Of a DNA stretch of 64,000 nt, positions 1-10,090 are shown one piece after another (within the stretch, counting starts at the first letter, position 1; the number at the start of each line of letters is the position of its first letter). Source of the stretch: an uncultured Pseudobdellovibrionaceae bacterium. Lineage in GTDB: Bacteria > Bdellovibrionota > Bdellovibrionia > Bdellovibrionales > UBA1609. The position numbers and the translations under genes are program-made. The DNA lies in the NCBI GenBank assembly GCA_963803705.1, contig CAWDNU010000001.1:576001-640000 (forward strand), read 5' to 3'. Under the pieces are notes generated by a model. That model searched no databases. It was given only the letters and a program-made list of their open reading frames with translations, and was not told the origin of the DNA.

Positions 1-237
1 GACTTTTACCCTACGCAGAATTGGGATAACATTATTCAAAAAACACTAAGCCAATTGGTCATTGACCCAAAAGCCATAGTCGCTGTAACCCCGGTTTCAA
101 AAGATGATAATATTTTTGGTGAAGAAAATAAGAACGATGGTTCTGAAAAAGTGTACACCTATAAAAAAGCTAGGTTGAGCGTACAAAAGGCTTATAAAAG
201 AAGTTTATATTCGATGGACTGCATATATTATAAGTAG
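1..237 (+). CDS. 3' end of a protein truncated by the window edge (unknown function)
   Basis: Frame 1 is open from base 1 (DFYPTQNWDNIIQK...) to TAG at 235-237, so the tracked 55..237 ORF is probably only its tail. Confidence 0.5.
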   Translation, partial: DFYPTQNWDNIIQKTLSQLVIDPKAIVAVTPVSKDDNIFGEENKNDGSEKVYTYKKARLSVQKAYKRSLYSMDCIYYK

Positions 238-365
238 CTAATTACTTTGGCTAACAAATCCAACCCAAGTCACTTGGTCGATAAATATAATCTGCTGTTT
301 ACACAGTAAATAGTTAACCTGCTACAATCAAGGCTATAAGGCGAAATACAATCTTTCAACCACTC

Positions 366-397
366 AAAAAAAAGATCAAATAAAATAATTTGATCTT
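366..397 (-). terminator. Candidate intrinsic terminator after rpsR
   Basis: AAGATCAAAT/ATTTGATCTT stem followed by a T-run on the minus strand. The stem is AT-rich and weak. Confidence 0.4.
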
Positions 398-442
398 CAA
401 GGTTTAAGTGTCGTGAAAATATGGGACCTTTTTAAAAAGGCC

Positions 443-751
443 TTAATATTCAAAGGGCTTGGGACTGACAGGAAAAGGGCGTCTCATATTATCGTAAGCT
501 AAAGTTCCAACTGGAAGCAAAGCAAGCTGACGTGCTCGTTTGATAGCAAAATTTAGTGACTTTTGTTGCTTATAGCTTAGTTTACTCACTCTGGCAGGTA
601 CGATGCGGCCACCCTCATACAAAAATTTACTTAAAGATACTGGATCTTTGTAGTCAAATTTGAAGTTGGCAGGGTAATCTGTGCGGTATTTTGTCTTATA
701 GCTTTTACGGTCATCTTTCTCGTCGTAACTATTGTAATCTCTGTCATCCAT
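443..751 (-). CDS. rpsR: 30S ribosomal protein S18 (Cys-free type)
   Basis: DYKD...GRIVPARVS...[12 protein letters not shown] motifs. ATG at 751 is preceded by GGAGG. Confidence 0.95.
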   Translation of the reverse strand: MDDRDYNSYDEKDDRKSYKTKYRTDYPANFKFDYKDPVSLSKFLYEGGRIVPARVSKLSYKQQKSLNFAIKRARQLALLPVGTLAYDNMRRPFPVSPKPFEY

Positions 752-1031
752 TTTGATCCTCCACAATGGCCCTAAGGAGATAAAATCGCTTTATCTCTGT
801 GGTTTTGAAGGTTATAGACTAATTTTTAGTTGCCAACAAGCCCAAATGATAACTATAAGTTATCTTTATTAACATTACGAACTCTTTTTGCTTTAAATCT
901 TTTAGATTTAGCGTTATGAATCTTGTTCTAGATGTAAATTACTTTATTGAATAGATTTTTAAAATCGATTTTAGGCATTTGTAGCTCGTAAGGCTAGGTA
1001 ACTAAGCCAGGGCAAATAGGAGAATCAGATC

Positions 1032-1325
1032 ATGTCTCGTTGTGAACTTTCAGGTCAAGGCCCAGTTGTTAAAAACTTAGTAAGCCATTCCAATATTAAA
1101 ACTAAATCTAAGGCTTATCCAAATATTCAGAATAAGAAATTTATTAGTGAAGCTTTAGACCAAAGTTTTTCATTTAAGGTCTCAACCCGCACACTAAAAA
1201 GTGTCGAGCACGTAGGTGGTTTTGACAAATACATTCTTAAGCAACAAGACGAAATACTATCCAAAAAAGCTTTAACCGTTAAAAATAAAATCGCGAAAAA
1301 AATAAAATTTAAAACTGTAAAATAA
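1032..1325 (+). CDS. rpmB: 50S ribosomal protein L28
   Basis: MSRCELSG..VSHSNIKTK...PNIQ...GGFDKY; AGGAG RBS. Confidence 0.95.
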   Translation: MSRCELSGQGPVVKNLVSHSNIKTKSKAYPNIQNKKFISEALDQSFSFKVSTRTLKSVEHVGGFDKYILKQQDEILSKKALTVKNKIAKKIKFKTVK

Positions 1326-1359
1326 TTTAATAATTATTAGATTTCTAAGGACTAAACTC

Positions 1360-1566
1360 ATGAAACTGAAAATAAAAAAGGGTCAAAAAGTAAAAATTAT
1401 AGCAGGTAGTGACAAAGGTAAGACGGGCGAGGTTTTAGAAATAAGCACTAAAAACTTAAAGATCAAAGTTGCTGGCGTTGCTGTTAGAACTCATTTTGAC
1501 AAGCAAGAAGGTCAATTTAAGAAAGAAGCATTTATTGATTATTCGAACGTGGCATCTGCCAAGTAG
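1360..1566 (+). CDS. rplX: 50S ribosomal protein L24, short form
   Basis: KIKKG..V.IIAGSDKGKTGEVL (KOW motif) and EAFIDYSNV. Confidence 0.85.
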   Translation: MKLKIKKGQKVKIIAGSDKGKTGEVLEISTKNLKIKVAGVAVRTHFDKQEGQFKKEAFIDYSNVASAK

Positions 1567-1601
1567 AGTTTTTTAATTTTAACTTTGTTAAAATTGTAAT
1601 T

Positions 1602-1634
1602 AAAGGCGTAGGTCAAAAGACTTTGCGCCTTTTT
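1602..1634 (+). terminator. Intrinsic terminator after rpmB-rplX
   Basis: AAAGGCGTAGGTC-AAAA-GACTTTGCGCCTTT followed by Ts. Confidence 0.7.
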
Positions 1635-1650
1635 AGTTTTTGGGAAACAT

Positions 1651-2457
1651 ATGGTTAAAATTGGCGTATTTCAAATGACATCTGTCCTAAGCCTTGAAGA
1701 AAACAAAAGTTGGATTTTAGATCAGTTGAAATGTCATGACCTATCTTCGCTTAGGTATCTTTTCTTTCCTGAAAATAGTCTTAGTTTCAAAATTAATGAT
1801 GACGATAATTTGCAGGCTTTAGATTTGAAAGATCCTTTTCTAAAAGTTTTAATCAATATTTGTAAGAATAATGATTTAGAAATGCAGATTTCAACGCCGG
1901 TGACGGGACCCATTGGACAAACTTTTAATTCTTCATTTTGGGTCACTAACTCAGGAATCCAATCTATCTACAATAAAATTCATCTTTTCAAGGTTACTCT
2001 GCCCTCTAAGGTAATTAACGAGAATCTGCTTTTTGAAGCGGGTGACTTACCAATTATACACTTTTCTTCTGAAGGGATTGAATTTGGTTCTAGCATATGT
2101 TTTGACCTAAGATTTCCTAAGCTTTACAAACATTACGCAGATAAAGGAGTCGATGTAATAACCGTTCCGTCTGCTTTTCTAGAGCGAACAGGTAAAGATC
2201 ATTGGCATGTGTTACTACGAGCTCGCGCTATTGAGACACAGACCTACGTGGTAGCGTCAGCACAATCGGGAACCCATGTGTGTAAAAAAACAGGTTTCGA
2301 AAGAAAGACATTTGGCCACTCGTTGGTTGTAGACCCTTGGGGCAATGTCATTTTAGACGCGGGTAAAGAAGATGGTCTTTACACTTGTTATTTAGATATA
2401 GATTTTTTAAAGACCGCGCGCTCAATCATACCTCTTGAAGAAAATTTTAAAGGATAA
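1651..2457 (+). CDS. Carbon-nitrogen hydrolase (nitrilase superfamily, Nit1-like)
   Basis: FPE, YNKIHLF, ICFDLRFP catalytic triad motifs; LRARAIETQ; GHSLVVDPWG. Confidence 0.9.
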   Translation: MVKIGVFQMTSVLSLEENKSWILDQLKCHDLSSLRYLFFPENSLSFKINDDDNLQALDLKDPFLKVLINICKNNDLEMQISTPVTGPIGQTFNSSFWVTNSGIQSIYNKIHLFKVTLPSKVINENLLFEAGDLPIIHFSSEGIEFGSSICFDLRFPKLYKHYADKGVDVITVPSAFLERTGKDHWHVLLRARAIETQTYVVASAQSGTHVCKKTGFERKTFGHSLVVDPWGNVILDAGKEDGLYTCYLDIDFLKTARSIIPLEENFKG

Positions 2458-2460
2458 TAT

Positions 2461-3675
2461 ATGCCCCGTTTTTTAGCTGTATCTTCAAGAGGTTTACACC
2501 AGGCTTTGCTGTTAGAAATGCAAGAGCGTGGGTTTCAAGGCTTAAAAAAGGGACCTTCTGGTGTCGAGTTCGAAGGATCGTGGAAAGAGTGCTACAGGGC
2601 CAACATGATGTTAAAGACTTCGCCCAGAATTTTAAAACCAGTGTTAGATTTTCCTGCCTACAATAAAGATGAATTTTACAGTAATGCCACTAAACACGAT
2701 TTTACAAAATACATAACTTCGAAACAGACACTTGCTGTGCAAAGCGCGATTAGAGATTCAAATTTTAAAGATCAACGATATCCAAGTATGTTGCTAAAAG
2801 ACGTGGTCGTTGATCAATTTCAAAAAAAGTTTGGAGAAAGGCCTAATGTCGATAGGGATAAACCTGACCTTCCATTGTCCGTAAAGATCTTTAAAAACCA
2901 AGCTTCCATATCTTTGGACACTACAGGGTTTTCACTTTCCCAAAGGGGATATCGATCTGAATCGATATTAGCCCCCCTAAAAGAACATGTTGCTGCGGCC
3001 TTGCTAAAGCTTATGAAGTGGACAAATGAGGAAGCCTTATATGATCCATTATGTGGATCCGGGACATTTTTAATCGAAGCTAGCTCTTGGAACTCTGTAC
3101 ATCTTAATAACAACTTCGCTTTCAAAAAATGGCAAACCTTTCAACCTGAAGCCTACAATGAGCTATTGGGTGACCTGCAACCTGCTGCTCTTGAAAACAG
3201 AAGGGTGAATTCGAAAACATTAGTCAGATCAAACTTTAAAACTAGTTCAACGGGCAATCTAAATGCAAACCTAAAAACCTTTATAGCTGGCTCAGATATC
3301 TCGCCAAAAAATTTAGACGTTGCAAGGATTTGTATCTCTGGTTCGAAAATTAAGAACCGAATTCATCTTTTTCAAGTTGATATTTTCAACGTGAATCAAA
3401 AGATTTTAAATCAGCAGATTTCGGATTGGCCTGAAAGAGGGCTTATTATAATGAATCCTCCCTACGATTTAAGATTGAAAACAAAGATGCCTTTAAAAGA
3501 TTTGTTCAACGAACTGATCTCGCAGTGCCGGGTGTGCCTGCCAGGTTGGCGGTTAGGTATATTAGCTCCAGAGGATTTGGATGAAAGATCGCTAAACTTT
3601 ATGCCGGACTCAGTGGCGAACTTCGAGACTGGCGGCCTACGCATAAAATTACTAAGATATCGCAGTGCCGTTTAG
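2461..3675 (+). CDS. THUMP-domain RNA methyltransferase (RlmL-like)
   Basis: LDTTG.SL.QRGYR, APLKE, DPLCGSGT, NPPY motifs. Confidence 0.85.
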   Translation: MPRFLAVSSRGLHQALLLEMQERGFQGLKKGPSGVEFEGSWKECYRANMMLKTSPRILKPVLDFPAYNKDEFYSNATKHDFTKYITSKQTLAVQSAIRDSNFKDQRYPSMLLKDVVVDQFQKKFGERPNVDRDKPDLPLSVKIFKNQASISLDTTGFSLSQRGYRSESILAPLKEHVAAALLKLMKWTNEEALYDPLCGSGTFLIEASSWNSVHLNNNFAFKKWQTFQPEAYNELLGDLQPAALENRRVNSKTLVRSNFKTSSTGNLNANLKTFIAGSDISPKNLDVARICISGSKIKNRIHLFQVDIFNVNQKILNQQISDWPERGLIIMNPPYDLRLKTKMPLKDLFNELISQCRVCLPGWRLGILAPEDLDERSLNFMPDSVANFETGGLRIKLLRYRSAV

Positions 3676-3730
3676 TTTTAATCTCTAGACTACTTATTTT
3701 AATTTAAAATTAGAAAACTATACGAAAATT

Positions 3731-4075
3731 TTAGAATGGTTTGTACAAAGCTAAATATGCCATCGCAGCGCCTAAAATACCGTAAAAGATTAATGTTTTT
3801 AATGGCGACCAAGACTTTGTAAACTTTGGAGCCATACCAATAATCAACCATCCTGCCATTTTACACCAGATCCATATAGGCCAAGGGGACCCTAGTTTCA
3901 ATCTAGCTATAAGTCCGAAACCAGCTACAAAAATTACCAGTAAGAATACCCCATGAATAATCCCGAAATATTTACGTGATGTAGAGCCTTTAGATAAAGC
4001 TGCCAACCCACCAATAGCTATAAAAACAAACAAAATGCCCACGAGATGAATAAATTTATAAGTTAAATAGTCCAT
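3731..4075 (-). CDS. Small four-helix membrane protein
   Basis: Four hydrophobic segments, YKFIHL N-terminus, C-terminal KPF. Confidence 0.7.
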   Translation of the reverse strand: MDYLTYKFIHLVGILFVFIAIGGLAALSKGSTSRKYFGIIHGVFLLVIFVAGFGLIARLKLGSPWPIWIWCKMAGWLIIGMAPKFTKSWSPLKTLIFYGILGAAMAYLALYKPF

Positions 4076-4324
4076 CTCACTCTTTTATTTAGAATTTATA
4101 TTTTAAACAAGCCCTATTTTTAATATTAAGTTTGGCAAGTGATTTCTTGACATTAAACCTTCACTAGCTGAAATATTAACGTTTAAAATAATAGCCTAAA
4201 AGCAATACGTTTGGTTGAAAACGTTAGAGCCAGGGCATGAATGGCACCTTACTTGGAATTGTTTTTATAGGACATAAAAATCCTTTTCTACGAATCTTAA
4301 AGCTGAGGCGCAAAAGGAGATAGT

Positions 4325-6373
4325 ATGATTACTGATATCGGGATAATAGCGGTTGGCGTCGGTGTTGTGGGTTTGTTTTTTGCACTTGTTATTTATTGGA
4401 AACTTTTGAAGTTGTCAGCTGGTACCGAAAAAATGATCAGTATCGGTGATGAGATTCATGCTGGTGCAATGTCTTTTCTAAAAGCAGAATATAAAATTCT
4501 AGTTGTCTTTGTAGCTGTCGTTGCCGCATTGCTATTTGTTGGTTTCAACCTTGAAACATCTCTCGCGTTTGTATCTGGTGCTTTCACTTCTGGACTTGCA
4601 GGTTTTATTGGAATGAAAGCAGCTACACGAACTAATGTTCGAACTGCCGCGGCCGCTAAAGATAGCGGTGAGAGTGCTGCCCTTATGACTGCATTTTCAG
4701 GTGGTTCGGTAATGGGCTTAGCAGTGGCCAGTTTGGGTTTGCTTGGTTTAGGTTTATTTTACTTTCTGTTTGTTACCGAAGACCCAAATACAGTTGGAAT
4801 AATTTCTGGCTTCTCAATGGGTGCTTCTTCTATTGCTCTTTTTTCTAGAGTAGGTGGTGGAATTTTTACTAAGGCAGCTGATGTCGGATCTGATTTAGTT
4901 GGTAAGGTTGAAGCGGGAATTCCGGAAGATGACCCAAGAAACCCCGGTGTTATCGCTGACAACGTTGGTGACAATGTAGGTGACGTTGCAGGAATGGGAG
5001 CAGATATTTTCGAGTCTTATGTTGGAGCTATGGTGGCATCGATTGCTATTGCATCAACTTTAAACGCTACTGAAATTTCTACTTTGGTAGCTGATGGTGG
5101 TAAATGGAGCTTGATGTCCTTACCCCTAATGTTGTCTGTAATAGGTTTAGGTGCATCGATTTTTGGTATCTTATTAATGAATGTATTTAAAAAGCTGAAT
5201 CCAGCTGCGGCTTTAAATATGTCAGTTTTTGCTGCCACATTGATCTTTTTGGGTTTAGCAGCTTTCGTGATGAACACTTTTGGGTTTTCCATGGACATAT
5301 TGATTGCAATTGTTGCAGGCTCTCTTGCCGGTTTGGCCATTGGTCACATCACTGAATATTACACTGCAAAAGGCCCGGTGATGAAGATTGTAGAGGCATC
5401 TAAAACAGGTCCGGCCACTAACATAATTCAGGGTTTTGCAGTCGGTCTAGAGTCAGGAGCTTTGCCACTGGTAATAATTGCTTTAGCCATTTTTTCTAGC
5501 CATTATTTTGCAGGCTTATACGGAATTGCTATTGCAGCCGTTGGGATGTTAGCAACCGTAGGCGTAACCATGAGTGTCGACGCTTATGGCCCGGTAGCCG
5601 ATAACGCAGGTGGGATTTCGGAGATGGCAGGATTGGGCCCTGAGGTTCGTAAGATAACTGATAATTTGGATGCTATTGGAAACACGACTGCTGCTGTTGG
5701 AAAAGGATTTGCTATTGGATCAGCTGCTTTAACAGCTCTTGCTCTGTTCGTAGCTTACGGTCAAAAAGTAGATTCGATAAGAATCGCTGAAGGGCTAGAA
5801 GCCATGTCGATTGATATTCTGAATCCGACTGTAGTTATCGGTCTGTTCCTAGGCGCGGTAGTGCCATTGTTGGCTGGATCTATGACAATGATGTCGGTGG
5901 GCAGAGCAGCTGGTGCAATGGTCGAAGAAATTCGACGTCAGTTCAGGGAAATACCAGGCCTACTGGAAGGAACCGGAAAACCAGACACTGTCAGATGCGT
6001 AGAAATTTCGACTAATGCTGCTTTAAAAGAGATGATTCCTCCAGGTTTGATCGCTGCTGTCGCCCCGGTTTTAGTGGGCTTCGCTCTGGGTCCTGCAGCT
6101 TTAGGTGGAATGCTAGCCGGAGCAACTCTTGTTGGTGTTGTTTTAGCATTAGTAATGTCTAATGCTGGTGGCGCTTGGGATAACGCAAAAAAAGCAATTG
6201 AGAAAGGTGAAGTTCCAGGAGAACAAAAAGGTTCTGACGCTCATAAAGCTACTGTTGTTGGGGATACTGTTGGTGACCCGTTTAAAGATACTACAGGTCC
6301 TGCGATGAACATCTTAATTAAATTGATGTCAATCGTGGCATTATTGATCGCTCCGTTGATTGCTCTTTTTTAA
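4325..6373 (+). CDS. hppA: Membrane-bound ion-translocating pyrophosphatase, K+-dependent type (probably Na+-translocating)
   Basis: [36 protein letters not shown] (Ala at the K+-dependence position), [11 protein letters not shown]. Confidence 0.95.
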   Translation: MITDIGIIAVGVGVVGLFFALVIYWKLLKLSAGTEKMISIGDEIHAGAMSFLKAEYKILVVFVAVVAALLFVGFNLETSLAFVSGAFTSGLAGFIGMKAATRTNVRTAAAAKDSGESAALMTAFSGGSVMGLAVASLGLLGLGLFYFLFVTEDPNTVGIISGFSMGASSIALFSRVGGGIFTKAADVGSDLVGKVEAGIPEDDPRNPGVIADNVGDNVGDVAGMGADIFESYVGAMVASIAIASTLNATEISTLVADGGKWSLMSLPLMLSVIGLGASIFGILLMNVFKKLNPAAALNMSVFAATLIFLGLAAFVMNTFGFSMDILIAIVAGSLAGLAIGHITEYYTAKGPVMKIVEASKTGPATNIIQGFAVGLESGALPLVIIALAIFSSHYFAGLYGIAIAAVGMLATVGVTMSVDAYGPVADNAGGISEMAGLGPEVRKITDNLDAIGNTTAAVGKGFAIGSAALTALALFVAYGQKVDSIRIAEGLEAMSIDILNPTVVIGLFLGAVVPLLAGSMTMMSVGRAAGAMVEEIRRQFREIPGLLEGTGKPDTVRCVEISTNAALKEMIPPGLIAAVAPVLVGFALGPAALGGMLAGATLVGVVLALVMSNAGGAWDNAKKAIEKGEVPGEQKGSDAHKATVVGDTVGDPFKDTTGPAMNILIKLMSIVALLIAPLIALF

Positions 6374-6415
6374 ATAAAATTAAGAAGTCAGGCGCAGTAA
6401 TTTTTTGGCCATCAG

Positions 6416-6446
6416 AAAAAGACAACTAAATAGGTTGTCTTTTTTT
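6416..6446. terminator. Bidirectional terminator between convergent hppA and metG
   Basis: AAAAAGACAAC-7nt-GTTGTCTTTTT. Confidence 0.75.
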
Positions 6447-6491
6447 ATTTTATTTAGCTGCAACTACTGAAGTCGTAATTTTAATATTAAA

Positions 6492-8006
6492 CTAAATCCT
6501 AGGAAATAGTGGTTCTGGTTTAGTCACCTGGGATCCGGTTTTAAGTCTGTACCAGGTTTCACATTCATGTTGTGAACTTTTTATGTCAAAAGTATAATTT
6601 AAGCTTTTAAATAGACTTGCCATTTTGTTTTTAAGAATCGGAGACAGCAGTATTGCTGAAATTCTTAGTGCTTCTAATGTATCTCGCAGTACGACTGCAG
6701 CTTTTTCTGGGTTTTCTTTAGCTAGTTTCCAAGGTGCTTGGGCTTCCACAAACTGATTGATTGCTTTAAGGTAACTGATAATTTCTGCGCAGGCATTGTG
6801 TGGTTCATTGCTTAAAATATAGTTCTTAACTTTGAGATACAGACCTACACCGGAATTTTTTAGGTCACTGGATTGATCAGAGCCCTCAGGAATAAGTCCG
6901 TCGTAAAATTTAGCAATTAAATTGGTAGATCTGCTTAGTAAATTTCCTAGCGTATTTGCCAGGTCAGAGTTTACTTTATGAATCACCATTTCTTGTGAGA
7001 AAGGTGCATCATTACCAAATCTGATTTCACTAGTTATATAGTATTTGAAACTTTCTAAGCCAACGTCCTTTACAACCTGTAAAGGATCTAAGACCTCGCC
7101 TTCGGATTTACTCATTTTTTCGCTATCTTTATTTAAAATCCAACCATGTGCAAAAATTTGATCAGGTAGCTTTACTTTAACCGCAAGTAGTAACGTACAC
7201 CAGTAAATGGCATGGGTTATTAAAATATCCTTTCCTAGCACGTGTTGGACAATGGCCTTATTCCACCACTGATCAAACATTTCTTGATCAGTAAACATCC
7301 CAACTGCAGCAGCATAATTACTTAGAGCGTCCACCCACACATAAGTGACGTGATCATTATCGAAGGGGAGAGGTATTCCCCAATGAATTCTTGATTTTGG
7401 ACGACTAATGCTTAGATCTTCTAAAGGTTTAGCCAGAAAACCTAAGACCTCATTTTTTTTACTTTCTGGTTGAATAAAATCTGGATTACTTTGGATATGG
7501 TCTATCAGTTGTTTTTGATATTTCGACATTCTGAAAAAATAATTTTTTTCACTGATTTTTTCGACGGGCTTTCCAGTAGGTGATAATCCATTTACTAAGT
7601 CGTCTTCGGGATAAAATGTTTCGTCGCTAACACAGTACCAACCTTCATAATTTTTTTCGTAAATATCACCCTGCTGATTTAGCTGATTTAGCAAAATTTG
7701 AACAACTTCCTTATGTTTCGGGCTAGTTGTTCGGTAAAAGATATCATATTCGATTCCCAGATCCTTCCAGGTATTTATAAAATTAGAAGCGTACTCATCG
7801 CAATGCTCCTGTGGTGAAACTCCTCGGTTTTCTGATGTCTGCTGGATTTTTTGACCGTGTTCATCTACGCCAGTTAACAATTTAGTTTCAAAACCGATTA
7901 GTTTTCTGTACTGATTTAGGACCTCGGCCATGCAAGTAGCGTAGGCTGTGCCTAAGTGGGGCTTATCATTCACATAGTATAGAGGCGTGGTTGTGTAAAA
8001 TTTCAT
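6492..8006 (-). CDS. metG: Methionyl-tRNA synthetase (short, no C-terminal tRNA-binding domain)
   Basis: YYVN..PHLGTAY (HIGH equivalent), GVDEHGQK, YVWVDAL, KMSKS. Confidence 0.95.
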   Translation of the reverse strand: MKFYTTTPLYYVNDKPHLGTAYATCMAEVLNQYRKLIGFETKLLTGVDEHGQKIQQTSENRGVSPQEHCDEYASNFINTWKDLGIEYDIFYRTTSPKHKEVVQILLNQLNQQGDIYEKNYEGWYCVSDETFYPEDDLVNGLSPTGKPVEKISEKNYFFRMSKYQKQLIDHIQSNPDFIQPESKKNEVLGFLAKPLEDLSISRPKSRIHWGIPLPFDNDHVTYVWVDALSNYAAAVGMFTDQEMFDQWWNKAIVQHVLGKDILITHAIYWCTLLLAVKVKLPDQIFAHGWILNKDSEKMSKSEGEVLDPLQVVKDVGLESFKYYITSEIRFGNDAPFSQEMVIHKVNSDLANTLGNLLSRSTNLIAKFYDGLIPEGSDQSSDLKNSGVGLYLKVKNYILSNEPHNACAEIISYLKAINQFVEAQAPWKLAKENPEKAAVVLRDTLEALRISAILLSPILKNKMASLFKSLNYTFDIKSSQHECETWYRLKTGSQVTKPEPLFPRI

Positions 8007-8014
8007 CCTAAATA

Positions 8015-9133
8015 TTAATCCTTGTTCAATTTTAAGAGCTTTTTAATACGATCAAGATCTTTTCTGAATTCTAAAATTTTCGACAAGGATGCGGTGGTTT
8101 TCAGATATTCACTAAGTGGTCTTATTGGATACCCACCATATTTGCCAGCTTTCGTCACACTTTTTTGGACGGTTGATATTCCAGCTATTTGAACATTGTC
8201 TGCGATCTTAACGTGACCAGTTACCGTGGTTCGACCACCAGTTACAAAAAAGTTACCAATTTCAGAAGAGCCGGCGATCAAAAATCCAGCTGTTATCAGG
8301 CAAGACTTTCCAATTTTACAGTTGTGAGCAATATGAACAATGTTGTCTATTTTAGTGAAGTCGCCAATGCTGGTTTCACCATATGTCCCTCGGTCAATAA
8401 AACAACCGGCACCTATATGGACATGTTTGCCTAAGTTTACTCTACCAAGGTGTGGAATTGCGTAGTGTTCGCCAACTCTACTTGTTGCAAAACCAAACCC
8501 GTCGCTGCCGATGCATGAGTTCGATTGAATTACGCAAAAGTCACCCGCAATGGTGCCCCAACCTAAGGTGGTATTAGCGTGTATTTCGCAATTAGCCCCT
8601 AAAGAAACTTCCTCTTCAAGTACCGCATTTGAACCTATCTTGCAGTTTGCACCTATTACACTATCTTTACCTATAGTGACGTTAGGTCCTACAAAAACAT
8701 TGTTACCCATCTTAACGGTAGAGTGGACATTTGCCGATGGGTGAATTTTCTGCGCAGAAAACTGAAAGTGTCCATTGATCCTAGGGGCTAAAAAGTATTT
8801 TTGGCTTATAAGGGCCATGGCAAGCTTTGGATTAGGGCTTAGCAACAAGATTACTTTAGATTCTCTTATTAGTTCTAAAATTTCAGATTTAATGTTTAAG
8901 GGTAAGACAACTGCCTTCGGCAAGGTTTTCAGAGATTTAAAGAAATCCAATGAACTTTCTTCTGATGAAAAAACAATGCTGTTAGCCTTTGGATCTTGAA
9001 TCGAGCAAATTTGTTGGATTTCCTCATTCTTTTCATGCTCACTTAATCCATTTGCAGGGCTTACAAGCTCTTTCCAATCGTCGATTAAATTTTGAATTGA
9101 AAATTTTTTAAACTTTTTCGTTATATCGTCCAT
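8015..9133 (-). CDS. lpxD: UDP-3-O-acyl-glucosamine N-acyltransferase
   Basis: Hexapeptide repeats, IGSDGFGF, IDRG, TKIDNIVHIAHN. Confidence 0.92.
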   Translation of the reverse strand: MDDITKKFKKFSIQNLIDDWKELVSPANGLSEHEKNEEIQQICSIQDPKANSIVFSSEESSLDFFKSLKTLPKAVVLPLNIKSEILELIRESKVILLLSPNPKLAMALISQKYFLAPRINGHFQFSAQKIHPSANVHSTVKMGNNVFVGPNVTIGKDSVIGANCKIGSNAVLEEEVSLGANCEIHANTTLGWGTIAGDFCVIQSNSCIGSDGFGFATSRVGEHYAIPHLGRVNLGKHVHIGAGCFIDRGTYGETSIGDFTKIDNIVHIAHNCKIGKSCLITAGFLIAGSSEIGNFFVTGGRTTVTGHVKIADNVQIAGISTVQKSVTKAGKYGGYPIRPLSEYLKTTASLSKILEFRKDLDRIKKLLKLNKD

Positions 9134-9324
9134 ATTAAGCCTATTTCTTGAACTTAGTAATCGAGTTTAATAAATTTGGCGGGTAAAGCCTTTGCTCCCA
9201 CGAGCTATTAATAAATAATTCTATAAGAGTTACCAACTCATAGCTCTATACCTCTAGTCAAGAGCCCAAGTTTGTTGTATCTTGATTCAAAATTAACGCT
9301 TCGTTTAAAGCAAGAGGGTGCACT

Positions 9325-9801
9325 ATGGCCGCTAAAAAAGCGACTAAAAAGAAAAGTACTAAAAAAGCCACTACAAAAAAAACTGTAGCTAAAAAAACTA
9401 AAGTTAAATCTGCAAAAGCTGATACCAGCAAGAAGAAAACGAAAGTCAAAGCTTCTACAACTAAAGTTAAGTCAAAAGCTAAATCGAAAGACGAAACTGA
9501 AACGCCGTCCACTTTAGCGGTTAAAGCTAAGAAAAAGACCGTCAAGAAGAAGCGCTTAACTAAAAAGCAAGTCGCGGAACAGACAGAGCGCGACGAGCTG
9601 ACCGAAAAGTGGGCTAAGCTTAAAGATATTGATCATGAAGTAAAAGCACAGAAGTATAAAATGTCTGAAGCTTACGCGCCTAATACTCCTATCGACCACC
9701 CAATGTTTGGTTGGGGCTTCGTGCTTTCTTTGAATGAAAATAAACTTGAAGTTTTATTTGAGTCCGGCATAAAGATGCTCGTTTCAAATTATAGCAATTA
9801 A
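9325..9801 (+). CDS. Hypothetical protein: Lys/Ala/Thr-rich N-terminus and small beta-barrel-like C-terminal domain
   Basis: GAGGG RBS; histone-H1-like composition followed by HPMFGWGFV...LEVLFESG. Confidence 0.7.
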   Translation: MAAKKATKKKSTKKATTKKTVAKKTKVKSAKADTSKKKTKVKASTTKVKSKAKSKDETETPSTLAVKAKKKTVKKKRLTKKQVAEQTERDELTEKWAKLKDIDHEVKAQKYKMSEAYAPNTPIDHPMFGWGFVLSLNENKLEVLFESGIKMLVSNYSN

Positions 9802-9833
9802 TTATTAATACTAAATTTAAAAGGTTAGGTTGA

Positions 9834-10052
9834 ATGGCTAAAGATGATCTCGCTCAAATTGAAGGTAAAGTTACTGATGCAGGTGCGGGCGGTCTATACA
9901 AAATAGAATTGGAAAACGGCGTGTCTGTTAAGGCTAAGCTTTGTGGTAAAATGCGAAGGTTTAACATCCGTGTGGTTGTGGGTGATAAGGTTACTGTAGG
10001 AGTATCCCCTTACGATCCCACCCATGGCTTAATTATGTATAGGCACAAGTGA
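9834..10052 (+). CDS. infA: Translation initiation factor IF-1
   Basis: MAKDD..EGKV...GKMR...IRVVVGDKV.V..SPYD...G.I.YR. Confidence 0.97.
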   Translation: MAKDDLAQIEGKVTDAGAGGLYKIELENGVSVKAKLCGKMRRFNIRVVVGDKVTVGVSPYDPTHGLIMYRHK

Positions 10053-10090
10053 ATATTCTTTTAATTTAATCACCCATAACGAGTTACCAT

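Noticed and set aside
4080..4324. Na+/Li+ riboswitch or sigma54 promoter upstream of hppA
   Set aside because: No riboswitch consensus was recognisable, and TGGCAC-N5-TTGG at 4242 lacks the -12 GC.
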